From NCBI RefSeq assembly GCF_002113885.1, contig NW_018480037.1, forward strand, positions 62,001 through 126,000: DNA of 64,000 bases, read 5' to 3'. Positions 1 through 13,215 of the stretch are shown one piece after another; the stretch's first letter is position 1, and each line of letters opens with the position of its first letter. The notes under the pieces are model-generated. The model searched no databases and was not told where the DNA came from. It was given only the letters and a program-made list of their open reading frames with translations. The stretch is from Mizuhopecten yessoensis. Taxonomy: Eukaryota. A program made the position numbers and the translations under genes.

Positions 1-330
1 TCAATGTCAACAACAAGGTCTATGATAACGTTGTCAATGTCAACAACAAGGTCAAAGATAAAGTCGTCAAGGTCAATGATAAAGTTGTCAAGGTCAATGT
101 CAACATAAAGGTCAATGATAAAGTCCTCAATGTCAATGTCAACAACAACGACAATGATAAAGTCCTCAATGTCAATGTCAACAACAAGGTCAATGATAAA
201 GTCAACAACAAGGTCAATGATAAAGTTGTCAAGGTCAATGTCAACATCAAGGTCAGTGATAAAGTCCTCAATGTCAAAGTCAACAACAACGACAATGATA
301 AAGTCCTCAATGTCAATGTCAACAATGAGG
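1..330. repeat. Low-complexity minisatellite (tcaatg/tcaaca/acaagg/ataaag modules)
   Basis: Directly visible 6-nt-module repeats. It is the source of the spurious ORFs 20-406 and 115-441. Confidence 0.9.
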
Positions 331-673
331 CCAAATATGAACAAAGACAGCAATGAGGTCTTTGTGCAAAGAGTGAAGGTAGAACAAGATCATTTTTGTA
401 GCTCACATAATTTCACAACAGATTTATTTTTTAAATTTTAACTTAATTGTAGAAAACAGAGAAAGCCAATTTACTTACAATACACATTAATATAAAAATC
501 ATGCTAGACGAAACATCAGTGTTCGTGGTTTTCAAGTAGAGAAGGAGAACGCTTTAATGGAGATCTCCTATAGAACCTTCTCCCCTGAGATATGTTGTTA
601 TATCAGGGTTAACGGTAGGAGATACCCTTATTAGTGTGACAAAGGCTGGTCACTGTGTCAAGTGTCTACTTAC

Positions 674-3600
674 TCGGCAGCCTTTAGGGCCCGCGCAGCT
701 GTCTCTGCTGGGGGTAATGTCCGCGGACCAAACTCATCATTAACTGTCGTATCGTAGTTACCCTCTGGAACAATAATTGATACCATGTGTATGACCACAA
801 CTGTTAGAAATTCAAAAGCAGTAAACTTGTAAATAAGTACTGATAAAAACGTTACTTGATTGTTCACCATTTGTTGGTAAGATAGTCTAGTATATGTGGA
901 TGTGATAACACATGAATCAGTCAGTGATAATAATCAGTATTTGATCACAAGTTAATTTCAATTTTATACACCTGTTTAATAAATGTTAAACAAAGGTTGA
1001 TATTTGCTGTATTAAAAAAAAATAAAAAAAATAATCAGCACCCATATATATTTTTTTGGTATTTTTCAACCTTTCACCAAATACATATGTATTTTTATTG
1101 TAAACATGTTTTATTCATTTGAACAAACGGGTACAAATAAATAAATAAATAAATGATTGTAACAAAATAAGATATTTTAGATTTTTCATGAGAAAAAATT
1201 TGAAATCATCTTTATTATGTTTTGCTGGTGTATCTTACTGATTCCATCGTAGTCGCCGTATCTGAAGACGTGAGACGTCCGGCCGAGTTCCTTCATGGCT
1301 TTGCTGACCTGGGTGGTAGCCTGTTCCTCGGGCGAGAAGGCAAGGGAATGACCTTGGACCGCGTCCCCCACCCCATACACACGCTGGCTCTCACTGAATA
1401 TACTACAGACAAACAATATCTGTTTAGTGATAGCTGTGGTATTGTACCACTATTTGTAGATTTTAAGAAGAGCAGTTAAAGGTCTAAATTGGAATAAAAT
1501 TGTCCATCAAAACAACAACATGCTTTAAAATGCTCCCTCACATGATCAATTTAAATAATTATTTGCTTTTATAGTCATATGCTTGTCATTGAATGGTGGT
1601 CTGTAAAAACAGGTTTCTGTCTTTCAGAGGAGATCTGTATAGACAGGGTTTGGCTTATAGGGCTTGTAAATTGAGTTTGGATACATAAACAGTTTTCTGT
1701 GATGAAGAGATAGCTAAGAGTATATTTGTGATGAGGTGGTTGATATAGACAGGTGTCTGTTATTAGGAGGTAGTTGATACATGTATTCTTGAATGAGTGG
1801 CCCATTTATACAGGTTTCTGAGATGAGGTGATCTATTTAGACAAGCTTCTGACATGAATAATATATTCCACCTTTCACATTTTACCTGTTATTGGTTTTA
1901 GAGGTAAGGACATAAGCTACCTTACACCTGGGATTGATGTTAGAGTTATCTCCCTTATACATTGTATAGAGTTAAGAATTTGTTTGGTTTTTTTATGACC
2001 TCGCAAGGTCACATATGAAGACAGGTGCCTAGGGAGACGCCATCGAAAGTAAAAAATTGAGAGAGAAAAAATTATAAATAGATCCCAATGTTGCAATGAG
2101 GGCAGCATATCAAGTTTGGTCTCTTTATAATGTTCTCAAAGAGAAAACACCAAGGTAACCCCTCCCCCCCTCAATTCTTCAGACCCCCTCCCCTTCCCCA
2201 ACATTAGTTACCCTTGTTCAGCATGCAGTAGGATACAACAGGTCTTCAGAAAATATTCTATTTTTCAAATTATATATTTCTGATTTCTTCTTATTACCTC
2301 TAGTGTCACTCTCATAGAAACGTGATATTAGTTCATGTATATATAGTAGAAGTATCTGGGTGCAGACTGGCAATGAGAGTTACCTAGGGTTGGCACTGCT
2401 AAACGTGATATTAGTACATGTATATATAGTAGAAGTATCTGGGTGTAGACTGGCAATGAGAGTTACCTAGGGTTGTCACTGCCAAACGTGATATTAGTAC
2501 ATGTATATATAGTAGGACTATCTGGGTGTAGACTGGCAATGAGAGTTACCTAGGGTTGTCACTGCCAAACGTGATATTAGTACATGTATATATAGTAGGA
2601 CTATCTGGGTGTAGACTGGCAATGAGAGTTACCTAGGGTTGTCACTGCCAAACGTGATATTAGTACATGTATATATAGTAGGACTATCTGGGTGTAGACT
2701 GGCAATGAGAGTTACCTAGGGTTGTCACTGCCAAACGTGATATTAGTACATGTATATATAGTAGGACTATCTGGGTGTAGACTGGCAATGAGAGTTACCT
2801 AGGGTTGTCACTGCCAAACGTGATATTAGTACATGTATATATAGTAGGACTATCTGGGTGTAGACTGGCAATGAGAGTTACCTAGGGTTGTCACTGCCAA
2901 ACGTGATATTAGTACATGTATATATAGTAGGACTATCTGGGTGTAGACTGGCAATGAGAGTTACCTAGGGTTGTCACTGCCAAACGTGATATTAGTACAT
3001 GTATATATAGTAGGACTATCTGGGTGTAGACTGGCAATGAGAGTTACCTAGGGTTGTCACTGCCAAACGTGATATTAGTACATGTATATATAGTAGGACT
3101 ATCTGGGTGTAGACTGGCAATGAGAGTTACCTAGGGTTGTCACTGCCAAACGTGATATTAGTACATGTATATATAGTAGGACTATCTGGGTGTAGACTGG
3201 CAATGAGAGTTACCTAGGGTTGTCACTGCCAAACGTGATATTAGTACATGTATATATAGTAGGACTATCTGGGTGTAGACTGGCAATGAGAGTTACCTAG
3301 GGTTGTCACTGCCAAACGTGATATTAGTACATGTATATATAGTAGGACTATCTGGGTGTAGACTGGCAATGAGAGTTACCTAGGGTTGTCACTGCCAAAC
3401 GTGATATTAGTACATGTATATATAGTAGGACTATCTGGGTGTAGACTGGCAATGAGAGTTACCTAGGGTTGTCACTGCCAAACGTGATATTAGTACATGT
3501 ATATATAGTAGGACTATCTGGGTGTAGACTGGCAATGAGAGTTACCTAGGGTTGTCACTGCCAAACGTGATATTAGTACATGTATATATAGTAGGACTAT

Positions 3601-6600
3601 CTGGGTGTAGACTGGCAATGAGAGTTACCTAGGGTTGTCACTGCCAAACGTGATATTAGTACATGTATATATAGTAGGACTATCTGGGTGTAGACTGGCA
3701 ATGAGAGTTACCTAGGGTTGTCACTGCCAAACGTGATATTAGTACATGTATATATAGTAGGACTATCTGGGTGTAGACTGGCAATGAGAGTTACCTAGGG
3801 TTGTCACTGCCAAACGTGATATTAGTACATGTATATATAGTAGGACTATCTGGGTGTAGACTGGCAATGAGAGTTACCTAGGGTTGTCACTGCCAAACGT
3901 GATATTAGTACATGTATATATAGTAGGACTATCTGGGTGTAGACTGGCAATGAGAGTTACCTAGGGTTGTCACTGCCAAACGTGATATTAGTACATGTAT
4001 ATATAGTAGGACTATCTGGGTGTAGACTGGCAATGAGAGTTACCTAGGGTTGTCACTGCCAAACGTGATATTAGTACATGTATATATAGTAGGACTATCT
4101 GGGTGTAGACTGGCAATGAGAGTTACCTAGGGTTGTCACTGCCAAACGTGATATTAGTACATGTATATATAGTAGGACTATCTGGGTGTAGACTGGCAAT
4201 GAGAGTTACCTAGGGTTGTCACTGCCAAACGTGATATTAGTACATGTATATATAGTAGAAGTATCTGGGTGTAGACTGGCAATGAGAGTTACCTAGGGTT
4301 GTCACTGCCAAACGTGATATTAGTACATGTATATATAGTAGGACTATCTGGGTGTAGACTGGCAATGAGAGTTACCTAGGGTTGTCACTGCCAAGCGTGA
4401 TATTGGTGCCACGATGTCTCTTAAAGCGTGTCTGGTCAATGGGAAGCTGCATCTTGGAGGTATTCAGTCGAGGGAACAGTGCTGCTTTACCGGATGACTT
4501 CTCTAGCTTTGATGGTGAGGGAACAAATCAGTGTAATATAATTGTATCATAAAAATAGGGCTTCAGTTGAAATTTCAATATCCTGTACAATTGTGGTGAA
4601 CACGATAAGGCCTCAAGTTTGTAGTCTGCCGTTTATCTGAGCAGCTCCTTAATTTCTTTCTAATTTCCTTAAAGTTGAATTTATTATTCATGAAAATGCA
4701 GTTTTAAATATAAAATCTGAAGTCTATCTCCATCAGGGATAGTTTCATTGTTTTTTGTATTATTATATATTATATATACAGTTATCAATTCATCCTCAAA
4801 GTTAAGAGTGCCCTAAACATTTTTGACTATTGTGAAACTTAGTCTAATTTCAATTCAGACTTCAACACTTTCTAGTATATCCAAAAATGAATGAAGATGA
4901 TCTTGTTCACAGGAATTTAAGATCCACAAACACGAAAATCAATGGAGACCTCTCAATCTAAATAAGATGCATTAGTATGACTCCCTGTTCTCCATAAATA
5001 GAAACAGGGGAATATGGATGGAAACCAATTATTTTTTAGTACACTCTTGTAATTAACATCAGCCTTACTTGTTTGACCTTAAAAAAATTCAAGATTATAA
5101 CACTAGTCTTATATGGGTATTCTGTGGAATGTGTTGATTCCGGATCTAAATTATAGGTATTGCCAATCAAAACTGTCAAGAGCAAATCTCATGCTCCAAC
5201 AGATTAATCTCATGTATGTGTTGTTGGCCATGTCTTTACTTAATCACATCCGTGTCATTGACCTATGACATTTGACCTAAAATAACCCCTTGAAATCTGA
5301 TGTTATTTTCCTATTTCCAGAGAGTTTATCATATGGCCGATTTCAAGTTGGTCAAATCATGAATGCATTTTCAAACATTACAAAAACATTATACCTGAGT
5401 AGACAAATATAAATATAAAGAAAATAATGGTTTATATACCAAATTAACCATAAAGATGTAGTCATGCTTCCATGAACTTCATTAGTCTGACCTTTCAGAA
5501 CTTACCCCGGGGTTGTAGTTGGAAGCATATTCAGAATTCTCCGTCTTTCTACTGGTCATATATCTAGGTGCCATATCCTGAAAATTACAAGACACATTTT
5601 CATTTTATTATTACGTTTCAAAATATTCGGACCTAACGACTTTGAATAAATGAAAAAGTTATGGTAAAATGACCTTTTGTGTAATACAGTGACCCCAAAT
5701 ACAACTCGTTATCGCAGTACTTACCGGCCAGTTTATATTTTTGTCGCCCTCGACCATCTCCAACTGAAACACAGGAAAATTGAAATACATGTTGCAGGTT
5801 GGTTATGATTGATTAATGCACATTCGCCTTGTTATGCTATAAGATAACTGTAACCGTATGATGGTCACTGTGGTAAGGTATGCATTCATACATAATTGTG
5901 TGTTATTTCCATGAATATTTAATTGTGTGTTTTAGTGGGGTAATAACACCCTGTTGTATTGATTTCCCTAACTACCCTAAGTAAGTATACCATTTGGTGG
6001 AGACCTTATCCTATGCTGTCGTACTGTTACTAGTGAGTTGTGGTGTGAGACCTTATCCTATGCTGTCATACTGTTACTAGTGAGTTGTGGTGTGATACCT
6101 TATACTTTGCTGTCGTACTGTTACTAATGAGTTGTGGTGTGATACCTTATACTATGCTGTCATACTGTTACTAATGAGTTGTGGTGTGAGACCTTATCCT
6201 ATGCTGTCGTACTGTTACTAGTGAGTTGTGGTGTGATACCTTATACTATGCTGTCGTAATGTTACTAATGAGTTGTGGTGTGATACCTTATCCTATGCTG
6301 TCATACTGTTACTAGTGAGTTGTGGTGTAAGACCTTATACTATGCTGTCGTAATGTTACTAATGAGTTGTGGTGGGATAACTTATCCTATGCTGTCATAC
6401 TGTTACTAATGAGTTGAGGTGTGAGACCTTATACTATGCTGTCAAACTGTTACTAGTGAGGTGTGGGGTGCTACCTTATACTATGCTGTCGTACCGTTAC
6501 TAGTGAGTTGTGGTGTGATACCTTATCCTAAGCTGTCGTACTGTTACTAGTGAGGTGTGGTGTGATACCTTATCCTATGCTGTCGTACTGTTACTAGTGA

Positions 6601-9600
6601 GTTGTGGTGTGAGACCTTATCCTATGCTGCCGTACTGTTACTAGTGAGTTGTGGTGTGAGACCCTATCCTATGCTGTGGTACTGTTACTAGTGAGTTGTG
6701 GTGTGAGACCTTATACTATGCTGTTGTACTGTTACTAGTGAGTTATGGTGTGAGACCTTATACTATGCTGTCGTACTGTTACTAGTGAGTTATGGTGTGA
6801 GACCTTATACTATGCTGTTGTACTGTTACTAGTGAGTTATGGTGTGAGACCTTATACTATGCTGTCGTACTGTTTCTAGTGAGTTGTGGTGTGAGACCTT
6901 ATCCTATGCTGTCGTACTGTTTCTAGTGAGTTGTGGTGTGAGACCTTAGCCTATGCTGCCGTACTGTTACTAGTGAGTTGTGGTGTGCTACCTTATACTA
7001 TGCTGTCGTACTGTTACTAGTGAGTTGTGGTGTGATACCTTATCCTAAGCTGTCGTACTGTTACTAGTGAGTTATGGTGTGAGACCTTATAATATGCTGT
7101 CGTACTGTTACTAGTGAGTTGTGGTGTGCTACCTTATACTATGCTGTCGTACTGTTAATAGTGAGTTGTGGTGTGAGACCTTAGCCTATGCTGCCGTACT
7201 GTTACTAGTGAGATGTGGTGTGAGACCTTATACTATGCTGTTGTACTGTTACTAGTGAGTTATGGTGTGAGACCTTATACTATGCTGTTGTACTGTTACT
7301 AGTGAGTTATGGTGTGAGACCTTATACTATGCTGTCATACTGTTACTAATGAGTTGTGGTGTGAGACCTTATCCTAGCTGTCGTACTGTTACTAGTGAGT
7401 TGTTGTGTGAGACCTTATACTATGCTGTCGTACTGTTTCTAGTGAGTTGTGGTGTGAGACCTTATCCTATTCTGTCATACTGTTACTAGTGAGTTGTGGT
7501 GTTAGACCTTATACTATGCTGTCGTACTGTTACTAGTGAGTTGTGGTGCGAGACCTCATCCTATGCTGTCGTACTGTTACTAGTGAGTTGTTGTGTGAGA
7601 CCTTATACTATGCTGTCATACTGTTACTAATGAGTTGTGGTGTGAGACCTTATCCTATTCTGTCATACTGTTACTAATGAGTTGTGGTGTGAGACCTTAA
7701 TTATCCTATGCTGTCGTACTGTTACTTACTAGGGAGTTGTGGTGTGATACCTTATCCTATGCTGTCATACTGTTACTAATGAGTTGTGGTGTGAGACCTT
7801 ATCCTATTCTGTCATACTGTTACTAATGAGTTATTGTGTGAGACCTTATACTATGCTGTCATACTGTTACTAGTGAGTTTTGGTGTGAGACCTTATACTA
7901 TGCTGTCATACTGTTACTAGTGAGTTGTAGTGTGAGACCTTATCCTATTCTGTCATACTGTTACTAGTGAGTTGTGGTGTGAGACCTTATCCGAGCTGTC
8001 GTACTGTTACTAGTGAGTTGTGGTGTGAGACCTTATCCTATGCTGTCGTACTGTTACTAGTGAGTTTTGGTGTGAGACAGGTTTCCCTTTATCTAATACA
8101 TCATAGTGTGTGGCAATGTCTTTTTGTTAATGGACAGACAACACCTTTCTAACGTTTGTTGTAAATATTGCCTCACGTAAGTTTTGGTATGCAGAGAAAA
8201 CCAACCTCAACTATTTTTCCAAATATTGTGACAATGTCTTCCATAGAAATAATTATATGATTTTAATAGTTAAAACCACGGACTTAGAAAGCATCTAATT
8301 CCGTGTTCAAACTTTGTAGTGATGCCTTACGTAGTTGTCCACTTGGAAGACCTTCACCCTTCCCCGACACAAATGTATTGTATTTGGCAACGTTTTAAAT
8401 AGTTATGGAATGGAACGAGAATCACATTTACTTTTGTTATACTCTGTAAATTGTGGAAAAGAGGGGTAATGGCTTGATATTCAAAGGTTTGTTGTTCAAT
8501 ATTCGTTGCCGGTATGAAGATGGTTTGGTGTACAGAGGGCTTTGCGATTTGTGACATAATATTGAAGGTTTACCTTGCACCATGGCTTTTCCTGGAAGTC
8601 GGTCTTTGTTGTACTGTCTTGGTAGGTTTTTACGTCTACATTAGCACCACTGTCATTACCCAGCTCAAAATGGTGTGTCAACTGTAACACAAACCCAGAT
8701 CCATATACAATGTATTGGGCAAATTCAGCACGAGTCAGAACTACAACTGTTCTAATAAAAGATCGACAATAGATTGAAAGTCTGTCAAAACGCCGCGGTA
8801 GCTGCGCTGTATTAACCAATTTTACGTAGGCACTTAATTACTTCCTGGCTTTATTTCTGGCAACATTATGAGCCTTTTTCTTCTACATTTATTCTGATGC
8901 TGAGCATTCAAGACACAAAGTATGTCACAAGCTCGGCTGGATGTGTTAATTACGCAAATGTATGTCAGAGGCTCGGCTGGATATGGAGCTTAAGACATTT
9001 TCAGCAATATATAACGGGCTTGTAGTATTTGGCGCTTCGATGCAACAGATTACGTGGGTTTTTGGTTGCTTGCTTGAAACCTGAATGTTGTGTGGCCTGA
9101 CGTTTGGACGGTCTTACCTGCCCTTTCTGTTCTTGTTTGTTACTTGGGTCTGGAATGGCGCCCTGAAGAATAAAACAATTAACACAATAAAGTTTACAGC
9201 AAACTTACAAACATGGGTCCTTCTATCGATATGTATCGGCAGGAAATGAGTAGTTTAGAATCGTATTATGATGTAATAAAGTTTGGATCACAGGGACGTG
9301 TGCCTTGCCCCTGTTATTTGGATTAACCATTACACTATGTCGGACAAAGACCATGCGAGGTGTTGTTAAGATCATATTATTCAGATGGGCTGCATTAAAT
9401 AGTTAAAAGGAGGAGGAGGCAGAGTTTCGGAAAGACAGAATTTTTAAAATAAAAATGTATACCCCTTTCAACGCGCAAACAGCCCCACCCAGCCTTCCCA
9501 GGCTACGCCCATGGATGTGCTACATTCAGCTGTACCAATGATGCACCATGCACGGTCCTTTTGTGAATTACTGCTGATATGGTGTGTGTATCGTCATGTG

Positions 9601-11701
9601 TTACTATTACTGCTGTACCGGTTTTTCTTTTGTTGGTTTTGGTGCCCAGTTAATAGCTTAGGTCATTTAAGGACATGTCTCCATGAATTTAATGTGTTGC
9701 TGGAGGAAGTATTTGCGATGAGATGTGGTGCCGCCTTTAGAGACGATTTCCCCAATTGTTGGACATTTAGCAGGGAATAACAACTGCAAATGTACCATTA
9801 TTATTGACTTTGGTATGTCCCGACCTGGAGACAGAACCACTGCCTTCCCCACTCACATGACTTGGCGAACGTTCTTTCCAAGCAAGGCGCCCAGAAGCAT
9901 ACAGGTTGTTAGGAGGTAGAGAGAAAATATAAAGATCCCAAATTATTCAACGGGTGCAGCAGATTAATTGTGGTCGTTAATTTGTCGCCATGTGTTATGA
10001 CACAAAAACAAATACCCAATTTTGCAGGGGGTTCCAACATCAGTGGCCTCTGTCAGCATGCAGTGAGTAACAGAGGTAGGTGCTTTCTTACTCCCCGACC
10101 TGTAGGGGGGTGTCATACTAGTACGTACTATCAAATTGATTTTGTATTTTACTTGTGTGTCAATGATTTTAGGATATATATTGGTACATATATTTATATT
10201 AATATCTGTACCATTAACTGTTAGATAAGATGCATTTGTATTGATGTAATGCTTCTCCCTCCCCACAACCAACCAACCAACTACAAGAAGCATTGAGATG
10301 GACACTCAATGAGTAATATCATATACATCTGTGAAATTTCAAATGATTTATTTTTGCCAAGTCGAATACTTATACCGTGAATCTTCTCTCCACTGTATGA
10401 CAAGAAATAACAAAAACGCCAAATCTACGACTTGCCCTACTAAATTAACAGGTTTACAAGCAGACCAAGTATCTGCCGTATTGTGTGTGGATTTGTATAA
10501 GACACACCATGTGATTATAAAATGTCATACATTTTGTCCCCTTTTATTACTCTGTTTTTACATTGTTTGAATAGTTTTGATCTGTACATTGGAACAAATA
10601 ATGTGATTTGCCTCCTATCTCTTGAAAGAAGCGGTTCTGAACACTTCGTCAGAAGTCAGGTTGATCTCAATAATTGCCTATACAGTCCTTTAATGCAGTT
10701 CCAGTACAGAGTAACCGTTGTTTTACTAAGCTATTGGACAAATATACCTGCTTTATTGAACACCAGAAATTACCCTTAGAAATGCCAAACCTTCAGGGTC
10801 TTGTGATGTTTGCTCTGGCGTCGTGTGTGCTGCACTTTTGTTATGTGGCAATTTTAATTGACACATTGTTGACCTACGGTACTATTCCTTTGTCGTATTG
10901 AAAGCGTAATTCGTGTACAAGCTGCTTCTTATCCAGTATCATCGGCAGGGTGTGCGAATATGTTCCGACGTTTCATATGTTTTCTGTCTGATGAGAGTGA
11001 CATTTTGTCAATTAAGTATTAATTAAGTCTTTGGGTATTTTTTAATTCTTGAATATTAAATACAATGACACCGATCTGCCATGACACATGTAATAGTATT
11101 TTAACAATGATACAAAGGGATAAGTATGATGTGATCGGGTCGCGTAAAGTCCTCACTCGTCATTTTTAACAGTGAATTATGAATCTATGAGAAGACGAAG
11201 ACAACTAGCTTTAAAATGACTTAAGACGTTGTATGAATTGTAAAGGAAGGCCTCCTTCGTAACCCTCCCCCTCCCGCCATTTTGTGAAATGTCCATACAT
11301 TTATGCCGATTTTTATAGTACATTGAAAAAATATGCATTTTTATTATTTCGGATTAAGTTTATAATCATATATTATGATTTATCATTAATATTATTGAAC
11401 ATATATCTTATAAATCATAAAGGACCATAATAATACTTGATTGTTCAGAGTGAACGGGTGTTCGATATATCTCTACTGGGTACTTAAGATAATTGTAGAA
11501 GCAGGGTGTTGATGGTATACTCACGGAGAAGTCGGTGTCGTAACTAGTACCATAATTGACTGCCTTCAGTTTATCGTCGGTGTAATTATATTCCCCCGGC
11601 TTCAAAACACAACTCTTGGACAGGCGAGTCCGGATCTCCTCCACCTGGAGGTTCCGAATCGGACCATAAATACGCCGTTTCCTTTCCTCCGTGGATTCCA
11701 T
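674..11701 (-). CDS. Uncharacterised protein with repeated Mn-like (T/S-T/E/S-Y-x-x-x-F/Y) motifs; candidate SAXO/TEX45-like ciliary microtubule inner protein; probably 3'-partial
   Basis: Eight phase-compatible GT-AG exons: 11701-11525, 9162-9118, 8681-8574, 5763-5725, 5577-5506, 4506-4376, 1402-1239, 764-674. They join into one open frame: MESTEERKRRIYGPIRNLQ...GTSYDTDFS|GAIPDPSNKQEQKGQ|LTHHFELGNDS...STTKTDFQEKPWCK|LEMVEGDKNINWP|DMAPRY...SEYASNYNPG|LEKSSGK...TNITLGSDNPS|IFSESQRVYG...TSHVFRYGDYDGIK|GNYDTTVNDEFGPRT...AAE. The last exon ends at a GTAAGT donor; reading through would give GAG TAA. The gene structure is well supported; the family call is inference. Confidence 0.8.
2318..4404. repeat. 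83-bp tandem repeat, 25 near-identical copies, overlapping an exon/intron junction
   Basis: Unit aaacgtgatattagtacatg...gttacctagggttgtcactgcc starts at 2318, 2401 and so on up to 4393 (25 x 83). Confidence 0.97.
5995..8078. repeat. 47-bp minisatellite, about 44 diverged copies (intronic)
   Basis: Unit gtggtgtgagaccttatcctatgctgtcgtactgttactagtgagtt. Confidence 0.95.
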
Positions 11702-11871
11702 GTTTAAAGTTTAGATCAAAATTTGTCCAAGAGAAAAAAGAGTAATTCAAATTCCCTCTAATCCTTTTGTGTATGTCCCGTTATAAAATAATGTTACTAT
11801 TCCTTAAAACCGTATATAGATTTCACGAACGGGTACATAATTAATCTGTTAATCTAATCTCATTGTTGAGG

Positions 11872-11886
11872 GTTGTCCCTAACGAC
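11872..11886 (-). promoter_or_regulatory. RFX X-box-like motif upstream of gene 1
   Basis: The minus strand reads GTCGTT-AGG-GACAAC, about 170 bp upstream of ATG 11701. It resembles the GTYRYY-N(0-3)-RRYAAC X-box of ciliary genes. Confidence 0.5.
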
Positions 11887-13064
11887 CAGCCTTTAATCTC
11901 CAGTCAGATTGTTCCATTAGTTAAATAGTTAATCCCCGTTAGTTTTACTTGTCGCACATACAAAAAGGTTAAACTGAACAGAATGTAAATATCGGGAATA
12001 GATCATTCACTTAGCGAGCGTTGAAATATTTTCAACAAATACTGTTACAATCACTGCATTTTGTTTTACACTTGTTTGTTACCCTATTTAAATGTACGCA
12101 CTAAAGCTATATCTGATAAAATGACGAAGTACAATGTACTCATGGAATGAAAATCTTTGTAACTTCGATATTTGTGACACCTCGGGTTCGGAGTGTATAA
12201 TTTGGAGAGGATATTAATGTTTGGAGAGTGAGAACAACCCAGCCCGACGGTCTGGCTAACGGGTGTACAGTAATAGTTGCACGGGTGTATACCTCTACAA
12301 TACCCACAGATTACACCTTAATTAATTAATACCTGGTGGCACATATAGGTATACTTCTGAATGGAGTTGTTAAAACTTCTTATCTGCGATCGATATGGCA
12401 GAACGAACATTGGCAGTATTCCGCACAAAACAAGAGGTCTAAAAGACATGCATACTCCATGTTTTCTATACAGCTCAAAGTGTGAACAATGTAGAACTGG
12501 AAATTTTGCCAATTTTGATAAAAACAACAAACAAATAAAATTCAGAAGACGTAACATTTATTGTCTATAGACGAAACGCGTTCAGTATACCGTATGTTAA
12601 AGTTAATTGTCATGCTGTGGAGTTTTAGGGGACTACTATGTGACTGGTTTTCCTTTTGACATCGAATACCGCATGTAAAGCCAGGTTATCATTAGAGAGA
12701 AAATATAAAATGTTCCACTTACAGTCACAGAAATTTCACGAAGTTCCATATACACTTGAATTAACACTGGCGAATAAAAGTTCCGACACTCTAAAGGTCA
12801 AGGTCACAAATAGAGGTCAACGTTAAAAAGTGTCATTTCCCTTGTCTGAAAAATATTGCTTTCACGAATATTTGCCAAAAAATCTTGGTTACTTGGTTAA
12901 CAGAATCTTGAATTCTTTCCATGGAAATGGAAACTCCTGTAAAATCTTCTATATGTATTATGATGAACAATGTAAAACGACGCATTTTACATTTTACCTA
13001 CACTAGTGGCCGTGATGTTGGGCGTTGGAGGAATAAATTGATATAACACAGAAGCTAATTTTTT

Positions 13065-13215
13065 NNNNNNNNNNNNNNNNNNNNNNNNNNNNNNNNNNNN
13101 NNNNNNNNNNNNNNNNNNNNNNNNNNNNNNNNNNNNNNNNNNNNNNNNNNNNNNNNNNNNNNNNNNNNNNNNNNNNNNNNNNNNNNNNNNNNNNNNNNNN
13201 NNNNNNNNNNNNNNN
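13065..13215. other. Assembly gap (N run)
   Basis: 151 N characters. Confidence 1.

Noticed and set aside
20-441. ORFs 20-406 (-) and 115-441 (+)
   Set aside because: They are translations of a low-complexity minisatellite.
2318-8078. Regular repeat arrays superficially like CRISPR
   Set aside because: The units are head-to-tail with no unique spacers, they lie in spliceosomal introns, and there are no cas genes.
9511-10305. Cluster of short ORFs in intron 1 of gene 1, with a faint CExxxxWFCL pattern suggesting a LINE ORF1 PHD finger
   Set aside because: Too degraded to support a call. Exons 11525 and 9162 already join in phase without it.
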